DNA of 48,071 nucleotides from Kofleriaceae bacterium. Lineage in GTDB: Bacteria > Myxococcota_A > Polyangia > Haliangiales > Haliangiaceae. Below the pieces are notes generated by a model. That model was given only the letters and a program-made list of their open reading frames with translations. It searched no databases and was not told where the DNA came from. Made by a program: the position numbers and the translations under genes. This document shows, piece by piece, positions 35,779 through 45,940 of the stretch. Within the stretch, counting starts at the first letter, position 1; every line of letters starts with the position of its first letter. The stretch spans positions 1-48,071 of the forward strand of contig JBKJLC010000197.1 in the NCBI GenBank assembly GCA_046597055.1. The letters run 5' to 3'.

Positions 35779-37780
35779 CCCGCGCCGGCTCGAGCGCGGA
35801 CCGATCGGCGCGCTCGTCGGGGTCGGCGGCCAGATCGTAGAGCTCGGTCAGGTTGTCCGCCGGCCGGACGAGCAGCTTCCACGGCCACGCGATCACCGCC
35901 CATTGATCTTGTTCGTTCATCACCAGCGCGCGGTCGTGGTGACCGAGCCCGCCCGGCGCGCCCAGGAGGTTGGGCGTGAGGTCGACGCCGTCGAGCGCGT
36001 CCATGCCGGTCGCGCCGATCAGGCCGAGGATGGTCGGCGCCAGGTCGACCAGCGACACCGGCTCGGGGTCCACGCCGGCGGCGAGCCCGGGGACCACCAC
36101 CGCGATCGGCACCCGGGTCAGCGCCTGGTAGACGACCAGGCCGTGGCGATCGGGCAGGCGCGGGTCCTCGCCGAGGCTCTCGCCGTGGTCGGAGAAGAAG
36201 ACGATGATCGTGCGGTCGGTCAGGCCGCGCGCCTCGAGCCCGGCGAGCAGCCGACCCAGCTCGCGATCGACCACCCCGATCAGCGCGCGGTACTTGTGGC
36301 CGGCCGGCCAGCGCCCGCGGTCGACCGCGGCCAGCGCGGCGGCCGGCACGTCCAGCTGGCCGTGCTCGTGGACGTCGAAGTAGTGGACCCACAGCGCGAA
36401 CCGCTGGGCGCCGGCGCGATCGAGGAACCCCAGCGCCTTGTCGGTGGTCGCCGGCGCGGTGATGCGGTCGCCGACGTCACGGCGGACCCCGTCGGTGACG
36501 ATGCGATCGAACGAGCCGAGGCCGCGGGTCAGCAGGGTCTCGGGCACGTAGCGCAGGACCTCGCGCGGCAGGATCGCGTGGGTCATCCGGCCGGTGGCGG
36601 CCAGCGCCTCGAACAGCGTCATCGTGATCGGCTGGAACGGGTTCCAGCGGCCGGTGACGAAGGTGGTGAGCGAGATGTCGGTGCCGGCGGCCGGCGCGAA
36701 GCCCTGCTCGAACCGGCGGCCGCGCCCGAGCAGGGCGGCCAGCTGCGCGAACGGGTGATCGCCGGCGAGCTGGTCGGCGCGCAGCGCGTCGATCGACACC
36801 ACCAGCACGTTGTGATCGCGGAAGGCCGCGAGCTGCGCGGTGGTCGCCGGGCTGGCCTGCCACTCGGCGAGCGAGCGGATCGCGACCGGGTCGACCACCG
36901 GGGTCTGTACGCGGGCATCGGTGCCGTCGCAGTCTTCGTCGACGCCGTTGCCGGGCACGTCGCGGGCGCCGCCGTGGCGGGCCGGGTCGCGATCGGCGCA
37001 GTCGCCGCCGCCCAGGATCGCCGACACCCCGTCGCCGTCGAGATCGACCAGCGCTCGGGCCGCGCGGACCAGGTGGCGGCTGTCACCACCGCCGGTCGCG
37101 ACCGCAGCCCGATCGACCGGCGCGGCCAGGCCCCACACCGCCGCCACGCCCGCGGCCGCCAGCGCCAGCGTGCCAGTGACCGCGCGCACCGCCGGGGCCG
37201 GGGGCTCGGCGCCGGTGCCGACCGCGAGCGCCCGCGCCAGCAGCGCGAGGGTCGCGACCGTCAGCGCGAGATGGACGTCGGGATACCCCGACCGGAACAT
37301 CGTGCGATTCACCAGCTCGAAGCCAAGCGCGGCCACCGCCAGCGCGGCGCCGAGCGCGACCCGGCGCGACGCGCGGCCGTCACTCACCACGACACCGGCG
37401 AGCCGGATCGCGGCCGCGATCGCGAGCACGCCCAGCGCCGGCACCGCCACCGGCGCGACTGATGCCCCCGGCAGCGTCGCCGCGAACGCCCCCTGGAACA
37501 GGCCAGCGCCGAGCGGGATCAGCACGATCAACGCCGGCAGCGCGTGCACCAGGGCGGCGGCCCACCGGCCCAGTCGCAGCCGGCCGCTGAGGGCGCGCGT
37601 GACCACCGTGGCCAGCCCGATCAGCCCGCCGGCGCCGACGAACAGGCCGAGCAAGGCCGCGGCCAGCGCCGGCCGGGCCGCGGCCCCGAGGGTCGCCATC
37701 TCGACCGCGGCCAGCCCGAGGCCGGCCACGCCAGCGCTGGCGATCGGGTCACCGAGCCAGGTACGGCGGGGTCCTGCCAT
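35660..37780 (-). CDS. membrane-anchored sulfatase/LTA-synthase-like hydrolase-transferase with a DC..GNGVDEDCDG metal-binding repeat
   Basis: N-terminal TM helices; NVLVVSIDALRAD, WVHYFDVH, FSDHGESLGE and ELYDLAADP motifs. Confidence 0.8.
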   Translation of the reverse strand: MAGPRRTWLGDPIASAGVAGLGLAAVEMATLGAAARPALAAALLGLFVGAGGLIGLATVVTRALSGRLRLGRWAAALVHALPALIVLIPLGAGLFQGAFAATLPGASVAPVAVPALGVLAIAAAIRLAGVVVSDGRASRRVALGAALAVAALGFELVNRTMFRSGYPDVHLALTVATLALLARALAVGTGAEPPAPAVRAVTGTLALAAAGVAAVWGLAAPVDRAAVATGGGDSRHLVRAARALVDLDGDGVSAILGGGDCADRDPARHGGARDVPGNGVDEDCDGTDARVQTPVVDPVAIRSLAEWQASPATTAQLAAFRDHNVLVVSIDALRADQLAGDHPFAQLAALLGRGRRFEQGFAPAAGTDISLTTFVTGRWNPFQPITMTLFEALAATGRMTHAILPREVLRYVPETLLTRGLGSFDRIVTDGVRRDVGDRITAPATTDKALGFLDRAGAQRFALWVHYFDVHEHGQLDVPAAALAAVDRGRWPAGHKYRALIGVVDRELGRLLAGLEARGLTDRTIIVFFSDHGESLGEDPRLPDRHGLVVYQALTRVPIAVVVPGLAAGVDPEPVSLVDLAPTILGLIGATGMDALDGVDLTPNLLGAPGGLGHHDRALVMNEQDQWAVIAWPWKLLVRPADNLTELYDLAADPDERADRSALEPARVSALRARYGEFPAVPMDRTQAGRRWREAQATRPRPPSPR

Positions 37781-37791
37781 GGCGCCGCAGG

Positions 37792-38343
37792 CTAGCGGTT
37801 GGGCGGGTACTTCTGAAGCTTGCGCTGCAGCGACCGCCGGTGGATGCCGAGCCGGCGCGCCGCCTCGCTGATGTTGCCGCCGCAGTCGCTGAGGACGCGG
37901 TTGATGTGCTCCCACTCGGCCCGGGCCAGGCTGGGCGCGCGGTAGTCACTCTCGGGCGGCTCGAGCGGCGGCGCGGTGCCGCGGGCGAACGCGGCCAGGA
38001 TCTCGTCGGCGTCGGCCGGCTTCGACAGGTAGTAGGTCGCGCCCAGCCGGACCGCGTCGATCGCGGTGGCGATGCTGCCGTAGCCGGTCAGGACGATGAT
38101 CTTGGTCTGCGGATCGATCTCGAGCAGCGTCTTGACCAGCTCGAGGCCGCCCTTGCCCGGCATCTTCAGATCGAGCACCGCCATCTCGGGCGACTCGGCG
38201 CGGGCCTGGGCGACCGCGATGTCGTAGTCGCCGGCGGTCGACACTTCGTAGCCGCGCTCGACGAACGCGCGGGCCATGCGGTTGCGGAACACCTCGTCAT
38301 CGTCGACGAGCAGGATCGAAGGCCGGCTGGCGCTGTCCGACAT
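37792..38343 (-). CDS. RegA/PrrA-like response regulator
   Basis: REC domain followed by SLARAEWEHINRVL..NISEAARRLGIHRRSLQRKL. Confidence 0.92.
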   Translation of the reverse strand: MSDSASRPSILLVDDDEVFRNRMARAFVERGYEVSTAGDYDIAVAQARAESPEMAVLDLKMPGKGGLELVKTLLEIDPQTKIIVLTGYGSIATAIDAVRLGATYYLSKPADADEILAAFARGTAPPLEPPESDYRAPSLARAEWEHINRVLSDCGGNISEAARRLGIHRRSLQRKLQKYPPNR

Positions 38344-38348
38344 GGGCC

Positions 38349-39668
38349 TTAGATAGCACTTCCCGCCGTCGTCGTTACGCGCGGCGGTCGGGTCCCGGTC
38401 CGCTCGCGCCGGGCCCGGGCCCGGGCTTCGACGTCGACCGGCACGGTGACGGTTACGCGGGTGCCCTGGCCCTCGCGGGTCTCGATCAGCATGGCACCGC
38501 CGACACTCTCGAACACCGCGCGTGCGAGGAACATGCCGAGGCCCATGCCGCGCCCGGGCTGCTTGGTGGTGAAGAACGGCTCGCCGACCCGCGCCAGCAC
38601 CTCGGGCGCCATCCCGCGGCCGCGGTCGATCACGTCGAGCACCAGCACGTCGGCGCGCAGCTTGCCGGCGACCACCACGATGCCATCCGGCGGTGACGCA
38701 TCCTGGGCGTTGGTCACCAGCGAGCGCAGCGCCTGGCTGACCGCCCGCGCCGGCAGCCGGATCGAGGCATCGCCGACGTCGCCGGCGAGCTCGACCTGCA
38801 CCCGCGGCTCGTTGCGCGCGCCGGTGAGCGCCTCCGCGATCAGCTCGGCGACCCGCAGGGACGACATGCTCTCGCCGGCGGCACCGGCGCCGCCGGCCAT
38901 CTGATCGAGGATCGCCCGACAGCGCCCGACCTGCTCGCGGATCAGCCGGGCATCCTCGACCAGCGCCGGTTGACCGACCCCGGCGAGGTGGCGCTCGAGC
39001 TCCTTCGCCACCAGGGCGACCGTGCTGAGCGGGGTCGCCAGCTCGTGGGCCGCGCCCGCCGCCATCGTCGCGAGCGAGGCGAGCCGCTCCTGGCGCAAGG
39101 CCAGGTTGCGCGCCTCGGCCAGCTCGCGGGCCTGGTCCGCCATCGCCGTGGTCACCCGCAGCAGGAAGTGCACGATGAACGCGGCGGCGACGCCCAGCGC
39201 GACCCACATGCCGATCATGCGGGTCTGGTCGGAGATCGACAGCGGCTCGTGATCGATCAGCAGCAGCCCGAAACCGGCGAACGACAGCGCGACCAGGGCC
39301 CAGGTGCCGGCGGCGTGCAGCATCACCGTCGCCAGCGCGATCTGCACGAGGTACAGGAAGCCGAACGGGTTGAGCGGACCGCCGGTGAAGTAGAGCAGCG
39401 CGGTGAGCAGCGCGACGTCGAGCGCCATGGTCCACGCCAGTGACCAGTCGCCGACCGTGCCGCCCCGCCGTACGTGAGCCAGGACCACCAGATTCGAGAT
39501 CAGGCCGACCGCGACGATCGCGCACAGCGGCCGCAGGGGCAGCGCGACCCCCATCGCGTGGGCCACCAGCACGGTCGCCGCCTGACCGACCACCTGGGCC
39601 CAGCGCAGCTTCACCAGCCACTGGCTGTTGACCGCGTTGCGCTCGGGTATGGCCGACGACGGGCGCAC
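38349..39668 (-). CDS. RegB/PrrB-like sensor histidine kinase
   Basis: GGPLNPF quinone-site motif; AAHELATPL H-box; RCRAIL redox cysteine; G boxes. Confidence 0.9.
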   Translation of the reverse strand: MRPSSAIPERNAVNSQWLVKLRWAQVVGQAATVLVAHAMGVALPLRPLCAIVAVGLISNLVVLAHVRRGGTVGDWSLAWTMALDVALLTALLYFTGGPLNPFGFLYLVQIALATVMLHAAGTWALVALSFAGFGLLLIDHEPLSISDQTRMIGMWVALGVAAAFIVHFLLRVTTAMADQARELAEARNLALRQERLASLATMAAGAAHELATPLSTVALVAKELERHLAGVGQPALVEDARLIREQVGRCRAILDQMAGGAGAAGESMSSLRVAELIAEALTGARNEPRVQVELAGDVGDASIRLPARAVSQALRSLVTNAQDASPPDGIVVVAGKLRADVLVLDVIDRGRGMAPEVLARVGEPFFTTKQPGRGMGLGMFLARAVFESVGGAMLIETREGQGTRVTVTVPVDVEARARARRERTGTRPPRVTTTAGSAI

Positions 39669-39745
39669 GCCGCACTGTAGCCCGGATCGCCGGCGTGGCG
39701 GCGCGCACGAGCCGGGCGAGCCGCCCGTGCTAGGTTCCGGCGAAC

Positions 39746-40942
39746 GTGGCCCGCCCGTCGTCGCATGCCGTGGTCGTGAGCGCGCTCGTCGCCGCCGGTG
39801 CCCTGGTCGGCTTCACCCCTGCCCGCGCCGAGACCTTCACCGGCGAGGTGGTCGCCGCGCACGGCCGCCGCAGCGACGATGGCCGGTCGATCGTGACCGA
39901 CGTCACGCTGCGCCTGCCCGACGGAACCGAGCGGGTGGTGACGCAGCTCGGCGGTCATTTCGACGGCAAGACCATGGTCGTCTCGCACGGGCCCGAGCCG
40001 CTCGTGACCGGCCTGCGCGTGCGGGTCACCGCCCGCCCCGAGCGGGTCGCGACCAGGTGGTCGGTCGAAGACGTCGCGGTGCTGGCCGGCCCCGGCGGCG
40101 TGCCCTTCGTGCGCACGCCCGCGAAGAAGAGCGGTCGCCCCCTGTACTGGGCCAAGAGCTGCGTGCAGGTGTCGTGGGCGACCGAGGGCACGTCCGACAT
40201 CCCGGGCGACGAGGAGCGCGCGGTCATCGAGGCCGTGATCGCGGCCTGGAACGACGGGATGGCCGGGTGCTCCCACATGAACCTGGTCGGCATGGGCGCG
40301 GTCGACGCCGAGGTCGGCGAGGACCAGGTCAACCTCATCAAGTTCCGCGACACCACCTGGTGTCGCCCGAAGGTCGGGGACGAGGCGCCCCGCTGCCACG
40401 CGGCGGAGGCCGCCGGTGTCACCACCTCGGTCTACATCGATGACCCCGATCACCCGCGCGACGGCGAGATCGTCGATGCCGACATCGAGCTCAACGCGGT
40501 GGATCTGGCGATCTCGATCCGCGGCCAGACCCAGAGCAACGAGCCGTGTCGCGCCGATCTCGCCAACACGCTGACCCACGAGCTCGGACACCTGCTCGGG
40601 CTCGATCACAGCTGCCGCAAGGACAACGATCCGCCCCGGGTCGACGATGCGGGGGCTGCAGTGCCCTTCTGCACCGACACCCGCGACCCCGAGATCCTCG
40701 AGGCGACGATGTACCCGGAGCAGGTGTGCGGCGAGACCAAGAAGGCGTCGCTCGCGGCCGACGACCTCGCCGCGATGTGCGCGATCTACCCGAGCGCCGA
40801 CGATCCCGGCGTGTGCGAGGCGCCCGACGATACCAGCGGTGGCTGCTGCAGCAGCGGCGGGGGCGGGGGCGGCACGGCGGCCCCGCTGACGATCGCGCTC
40901 GCACTGCTGATCGGCGGCCGTCGCCGCCGGCGCCCGCGCTGA
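39746..40942 (+). CDS. secreted matrixin-like (M10) zinc metalloprotease with a MYXO-CTERM-like tail
   Basis: HELGHLLGLDHS; ATMYP Met-turn; GGCCSS then a TM helix then RRRRR. Confidence 0.88.
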   Translation: MARPSSHAVVVSALVAAGALVGFTPARAETFTGEVVAAHGRRSDDGRSIVTDVTLRLPDGTERVVTQLGGHFDGKTMVVSHGPEPLVTGLRVRVTARPERVATRWSVEDVAVLAGPGGVPFVRTPAKKSGRPLYWAKSCVQVSWATEGTSDIPGDEERAVIEAVIAAWNDGMAGCSHMNLVGMGAVDAEVGEDQVNLIKFRDTTWCRPKVGDEAPRCHAAEAAGVTTSVYIDDPDHPRDGEIVDADIELNAVDLAISIRGQTQSNEPCRADLANTLTHELGHLLGLDHSCRKDNDPPRVDDAGAAVPFCTDTRDPEILEATMYPEQVCGETKKASLAADDLAAMCAIYPSADDPGVCEAPDDTSGGCCSSGGGGGGTAAPLTIALALLIGGRRRRRPR

Positions 40943-41074
40943 CCACGGGGCGCGCCCCGGCCGCTATCCGATCGGCCCCCCATCACCACCCGTGACGGGT
41001 GACCGGGAGGTGATCGGGAGGCGCCGCAGGAGGTCGCACTTGCCAGCGGTCATCCTTGCCGGGAAGCTTGTGGA

Positions 41075-42202
41075 ATGGGAGTCAGCACCGAAGTTCGACC
41101 CCGGGTCCTGGTGGTGGACGACGAGCTGCGGAACCGCGCGCTGCTCCGCGCGGTGCTCGAGCCCGATCACGAGGTGGTCGAGGCCGAGTCGGGCGAGGCG
41201 GCGCTCGAGGTGCTCGCGCGCGAGACGATCGATCTCGTGCTCCTCGACGTGATGATGGCGGGCCTGAACGGCTTCGACACCTGCCGCGAGATCAAGCGCC
41301 GCCACCCCGAGCCCTACCTGCCCGTGCTGCTCTTGACCGCGCTGTCCGACCAGGAGAGCCGGGTGCTCGGCTTCGAGGCCGGCGCCGACGACTTCCTGCC
41401 CAAGCCGTTCGATCGGCGCGAGCTGGTGCTGCGCACGCGCGCGTTCCTGCGTCTGCGCGATCAGGACGAGCGCATCCGCGTCCAGCTCGGCGAGATGCGC
41501 CAGCTCGACCAGCTCAAGGACGACCTCGCCGCCCTGGTGGTCCACGACCTGCGGAATCCCCTGGCCGGGCTCGACGGCCTGCTGTGGGTGCTCAAGGGCG
41601 ACGCGATCGACAGCGATCAGCGCGAGCTGCTCGAGGGCGCGATGACGGCGTCCCGCCACCTGCGCCACGCGATCGACGACATGCTGAAGATCCGGCTGAT
41701 CGAACAGCAGGTGTTCGAGCTCGATCGCCAGCCGACCTCGATGCGATCGGTCGCGGCGCTCGCGGTCGGCTTCCTCGACGGCGACGCCCGCTCGCGCGGC
41801 CTGATGATCGAGCTCGCCGGCGACGACGTGGTGGCGCCGGTCGACGCCGGGCTGGTCCGCCGCGCGGTCGAGAACCTGCTCGCCAACGCGCTGCGCTACA
41901 CGCGGCCGCGCACGACCGTGTCGGTCGTGGTCACCGGCGACGGCCACGCGGTCGAGGTCGCGGTCGGCGATCGGGGCCCAGGCATCCCGGATGATCAGAA
42001 GCGGGAGGTGTTCACGAAGTACGCGTCGGTCGAGGGCGCCACCGGGCTCGTGCGGCGGGGGAACGGGCTCGGCCTGTACCTGGTAAATCTGACGGCGCAG
42101 GCGCACGGTGGCGAGGCGAGCGTCGAGGATCGGCCCGGGGGCGGCGCGTTGTTCCGGATCCGTCTGCCGAAGGTCGCGCGGATCCCGGTGAGCTTGGTCT
42201 AG
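41075..42202 (+). CDS. hybrid response regulator-histidine kinase
   Basis: N-terminal REC (LVVDD, LLDVMM, KPF); HDLRNPL; NLLANA; GLGL. Confidence 0.9.
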   Translation: MGVSTEVRPRVLVVDDELRNRALLRAVLEPDHEVVEAESGEAALEVLARETIDLVLLDVMMAGLNGFDTCREIKRRHPEPYLPVLLLTALSDQESRVLGFEAGADDFLPKPFDRRELVLRTRAFLRLRDQDERIRVQLGEMRQLDQLKDDLAALVVHDLRNPLAGLDGLLWVLKGDAIDSDQRELLEGAMTASRHLRHAIDDMLKIRLIEQQVFELDRQPTSMRSVAALAVGFLDGDARSRGLMIELAGDDVVAPVDAGLVRRAVENLLANALRYTRPRTTVSVVVTGDGHAVEVAVGDRGPGIPDDQKREVFTKYASVEGATGLVRRGNGLGLYLVNLTAQAHGGEASVEDRPGGGALFRIRLPKVARIPVSLV

Positions 42203-42695
42203 TTCTGGGCCGACCACCTGGCCGCCCACGACGTCCTCGCGATGCTCACCGAGCTCGAGGCGGAGTACCGGCGCCACTGCGAGGCCATCACGGCGCTCGC
42301 CGTGCGGTTCGACGCCTTCGTCCGCGGCCAGGGCAACCACGCGCACGTCCACTTGCTCCCGACCGCGCCCCACCGCCAGCAGGTCGAGGCACGGCTCCAC
42401 CCGCCGGTCGAGCCGCCCGCTCCGTCTACCTGACGGGCCATTCGAGCGGTCGACGGTCAGTTTCTACGGAATCAGGTGGCCGTCGACAGACACCAACCGT
42501 CGGGCCGGCAGTCTTGATCTCGAGCTTGTTCGGATGTCGCCGGCAGCCTGAGACGACCGCGGTCAGCACGCCATCCTTGAGGTCGCTGCGCGCGTGCGCC
42601 CCGTCGGTCGCATCGATCACGCCTGCGATCTGATCGCGGGCAGCGTCGAATTCGTGCTGCCACCCGGCAAGATCCACAGGCTGGGCGCGACTTAC

Positions 42696-44093
42696 TCACG
42701 TCAGGACGACGGTCTCGCCGCGCCCCGGGACATGGACCTCCATGCCGCGCGCGGTCATCGCCTCGCGGAGCGACGCCTGTGCGTTCTGCTCGCCGTGGAC
42801 GAGCAGGAACTTCCGGGTGTCGGAACCGCAGGCGTCGGCGAACGCGAGCAAGTCGTCCAGATCGGCGTGGGCACTGAACGAGTTGAGGATCTCGACGCGG
42901 GCCCGCAGATCTCGCATGACACCCCAGATCTTTATGTGAGGGCGGCGCTCGACGATCCGGCGGCCGAGGGTGTGCTGCGCCATGAATCCGACGACGACGA
43001 TCGTGTTGCGCTCGTCCTCGACGTGATTGCGGAGGTGATGGAGGATCCGGCCCGCCTCGGCCATCCCCGACGCCGCGATGATGATCGCCGGACCCTGCAC
43101 CTCGTTGATGGCGATCGACTCCTCCCGGCTGCGCGTGAAGCGGACGCCCTCGAAGGCGAAGATGTCGCCGTGCTCGTCCAGGAAGGTCTGGGTCTCGGCG
43201 TCGAAGCACTCAGGGTGGATCCGAAACACTTCGGTGACGTTGATCGCCAGCGGGGAGTCGATGAAGATCGGGATCGGCGGCAGACGGCCGGCCTGCCGCA
43301 GTTCGTGCAGCACGAGGAGGATCTCCTGGGTCCGACCGACGGCGAAGGCCGGGACGATGATTTTTCCTCCACGGGCCACCGTTTCGCGGACGATGCGCTC
43401 CAGGTCGTCGTGCATCTGGGCGACCGTGCCGTGGCGGCGATCGCCGTAGGTACTCTCCATGACGACGTAGTCGACGGGCAGCGGCGGGTGCTCGGGATCG
43501 CGGACGATCGGCAGGCCCGCCCGTCCGAGGTCGCCGGAGAAGATCAGCCGCCGGCGCTGTCCGCCATCGGTGACGTCGAGGACGATCTCCGCCGAGCCCA
43601 GGATGTGGCCGGCGTTGAGCAGGGTGGCGCTCACGCCCGGCAGCGGCGCGAACGTCCGGTGATAGGGCACCGCGATGAAGCGTTCGAGCGCCCGCACGGC
43701 ATCTGCCTCCTCGTACAGCGGGACGACTGGCTCGATCTCGGGATCGTCGGCGAACTTGCGGTTGAGGTACTTCGCGTCGCCCTCCTGGATCCGGGCCGAG
43801 TCGCGCAGCATGATCGCGCAGAGATCGCGGGTCGCCATCGTCGCGTGGATCGAACCTGCGAACCCGGACTTGACCAGCGTGGGGAGGTTGCCAGAGTGGT
43901 CGATGTGCGAATGGGTGAGGATCGCGACGTCGGCCGCGACCACCTCAGGCGGCAGATTGCGATTGCGTTGGCGAGTTTCCGCCCGCCGGCCCTGGAACAT
44001 GCCGCAGTCGATGAGGATCGTGCCCGCGTCCAGCTCGAGCAAAAACATCGAGCCGGTCACCTCCTGGGCCGCACCGAAGAAGGTCAGGCGCAC
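42696..44093 (-). CDS. MBL-fold beta-CASP ribonuclease-like protein
   Basis: GAAQEVTGS, THSHIDHSG, AGHILGS, FSGDLG, MESTYG, FSAHAD and LVHGE motifs; GTG start at 44093. Confidence 0.92.
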   Translation of the reverse strand: MRLTFFGAAQEVTGSMFLLELDAGTILIDCGMFQGRRAETRQRNRNLPPEVVAADVAILTHSHIDHSGNLPTLVKSGFAGSIHATMATRDLCAIMLRDSARIQEGDAKYLNRKFADDPEIEPVVPLYEEADAVRALERFIAVPYHRTFAPLPGVSATLLNAGHILGSAEIVLDVTDGGQRRRLIFSGDLGRAGLPIVRDPEHPPLPVDYVVMESTYGDRRHGTVAQMHDDLERIVRETVARGGKIIVPAFAVGRTQEILLVLHELRQAGRLPPIPIFIDSPLAINVTEVFRIHPECFDAETQTFLDEHGDIFAFEGVRFTRSREESIAINEVQGPAIIIAASGMAEAGRILHHLRNHVEDERNTIVVVGFMAQHTLGRRIVERRPHIKIWGVMRDLRARVEILNSFSAHADLDDLLAFADACGSDTRKFLLVHGEQNAQASLREAMTARGMEVHVPGRGETVVLT

Positions 44094-44219
44094 GAGGCAC
44101 GACCGGGTCGCAGGGTACGTGACGAGAACATAGTTTGAACCGAACCATGGCCATGCGAAAGCACAAGCGGGATTCGCGTCGTGACCCTTTTGTGCCTTCA
44201 CGCCAGCGGCGTGGCTCCG

Positions 44220-45722
44220 TTAGCTCGTCATGGTCGGATCGAGGTTCGTTGCTCGTCGACGTGGCGCCGTTCGGGGCCATCTGATCGCGAAGGTCGTGCC
44301 CTCGCCCTGAACGGAGGAGACGGAGATCGTTCCTCCATGAGCGCGGACGATCTCACTTGCGATGTAGAGCCCGAGGCCCAAGCCGTCAGCCGCTCCGTGC
44401 TTACCACTGACTGCTTGCGTGGCCCTGCTGAATGGGTCGAACAGCGTCGGGAGCAGCGCAACGGGGATGGCCGCCCCCTCATTGTGTACCGTCATGATGA
44501 CTTCGTCTCCCGCATCGCTAGCGATCACGCGGATGGCACCCGCGCCGTGCGTAACCGCGTTGCCGAGCAGATTCGAGAGCACCTGCTCGACGCGATCTGG
44601 ATCCCATTCCCCTCGCAGATCGCCGGCCGCTTCGAAGCTGAACGTTCGGGCGGGGCAGGCCTGCGTCATCTCCGCGACGATCTCCTTGCACAATCGGTGC
44701 AGGTCAACCTGGCTCGGTGTGACCGGGATGCCATCACCCAGTCGGCCGCGCGCAAAATCCAACACGTCGCGGATCATCGCGTCCATGCGGTGCGCGCTCC
44801 TGCCGATCCGCCCGACGACCTTGCTGTGTGGTTCGGGCAGGTCGCGGAGCAACTCGACTCCCATCGTGATCGCGTTCAGCGGATTGCGCAGGTCATGCCC
44901 CAAGATTCCGATGAACCGCTCGCGCGCCTCTTCGACGCGCACGCGATCGGAGATGTCCGTCAGCATTCCGATCCATTCGCGCACGGGGCCCAACGTCGGG
45001 ATGGGCGCTGCACGCGCTGACACCCAAGCGTAGCCGCCTTCGCGTCTTCGGATCCGGAGCTGGCACGCATACGGACTCCGCGCAGCTACCGCCCCCGTCC
45101 AGGCCTCACGCACGCGATCCAGGTCGCCAGGATGCACTGCTTCGAGCCAACCCCATTCACCCCGTCCCGCGTCGACGCCGGAGAACTGCCGCCAGCTTCC
45201 GTGATCGACATGGCCATCCGCGGTCGCCTGCCAGACGAGCGCTGACGAGGTCATGACCAGCGTCCGGAACCGCTCCTCGTTCACACGGGCATCATCACGC
45301 TGACGTCTGGTCAGGTCGTGGAGCTCGTCGCGTTCCCGAACTATGCTCCGGAGCCTGAGGGCGGCCAAAACGCGGACGACGAGCTCGCTCGGCCGAAACG
45401 GCTTGGTCAGGAAGTCATCGCCACCCGCGACCATGGCCCAGTCGAGCATCCCGACATCGTGCTGCGCTGTGACGAACACGATCGCAACGTTTGCGCCACC
45501 CGGTAGCTCACGAATCCTCCGACACGCATCAACCCCGTTCATGCCGGGCATCTGGATGTCGAGCAGAACGCATTGCGGTTGCTCCCGCTCGAAGGCCGCG
45601 ATCCCCGCCTCGCCATCCTCGGCGAGCACGACATCGTAACCTTCGTCTTCGAGGGTCGCTTTCGCGAGCGCTCTATTCCCCCCATTGTCATCGACAACGA
45701 GCACGGTCCTACCAGCCACCAT
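44220..45722 (-). CDS. REC-PAS-histidine kinase
   Basis: REC domain; PAS (WLEAVHPGD); GHDLRNPL; NLLGNA; GLGLGL. Confidence 0.9.
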   Translation of the reverse strand: MVAGRTVLVVDDNGGNRALAKATLEDEGYDVVLAEDGEAGIAAFEREQPQCVLLDIQMPGMNGVDACRRIRELPGGANVAIVFVTAQHDVGMLDWAMVAGGDDFLTKPFRPSELVVRVLAALRLRSIVRERDELHDLTRRQRDDARVNEERFRTLVMTSSALVWQATADGHVDHGSWRQFSGVDAGRGEWGWLEAVHPGDLDRVREAWTGAVAARSPYACQLRIRRREGGYAWVSARAAPIPTLGPVREWIGMLTDISDRVRVEEARERFIGILGHDLRNPLNAITMGVELLRDLPEPHSKVVGRIGRSAHRMDAMIRDVLDFARGRLGDGIPVTPSQVDLHRLCKEIVAEMTQACPARTFSFEAAGDLRGEWDPDRVEQVLSNLLGNAVTHGAGAIRVIASDAGDEVIMTVHNEGAAIPVALLPTLFDPFSRATQAVSGKHGAADGLGLGLYIASEIVRAHGGTISVSSVQGEGTTFAIRWPRTAPRRRATNLDPTMTS

Positions 45723-45940
45723 CAGTCTGTCAACCTAGTCGCGTGCCGGACGTAACGCAACGAGCAAAGGCGGTCCGCCGGGGTCGACGAGCAAAGCGCG
45801 TCGATCCGCGCCTGAAGTGAGACGTCGACGCCGCATCAATACCGATAGGGTGGTGCATCGCGGGAACTGTTGTCGGGGTCCGCATATGGTGACCCCTCGT
45901 GGATCAGTCGCCGATGTCGTGTCCTGCGTGAGGGGTAGAA

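Noticed and set aside
37792..39708. 638-aa ORF suggesting a fused regulator
   Set aside because: Only the last 183 aa are RegA-like; the rest is an off-frame overlap with the kinase gene
40947..40958. GGGGCGCGCCCC hairpin as an intrinsic terminator
   Set aside because: Short stem with no U-tract; expected by chance at this GC content
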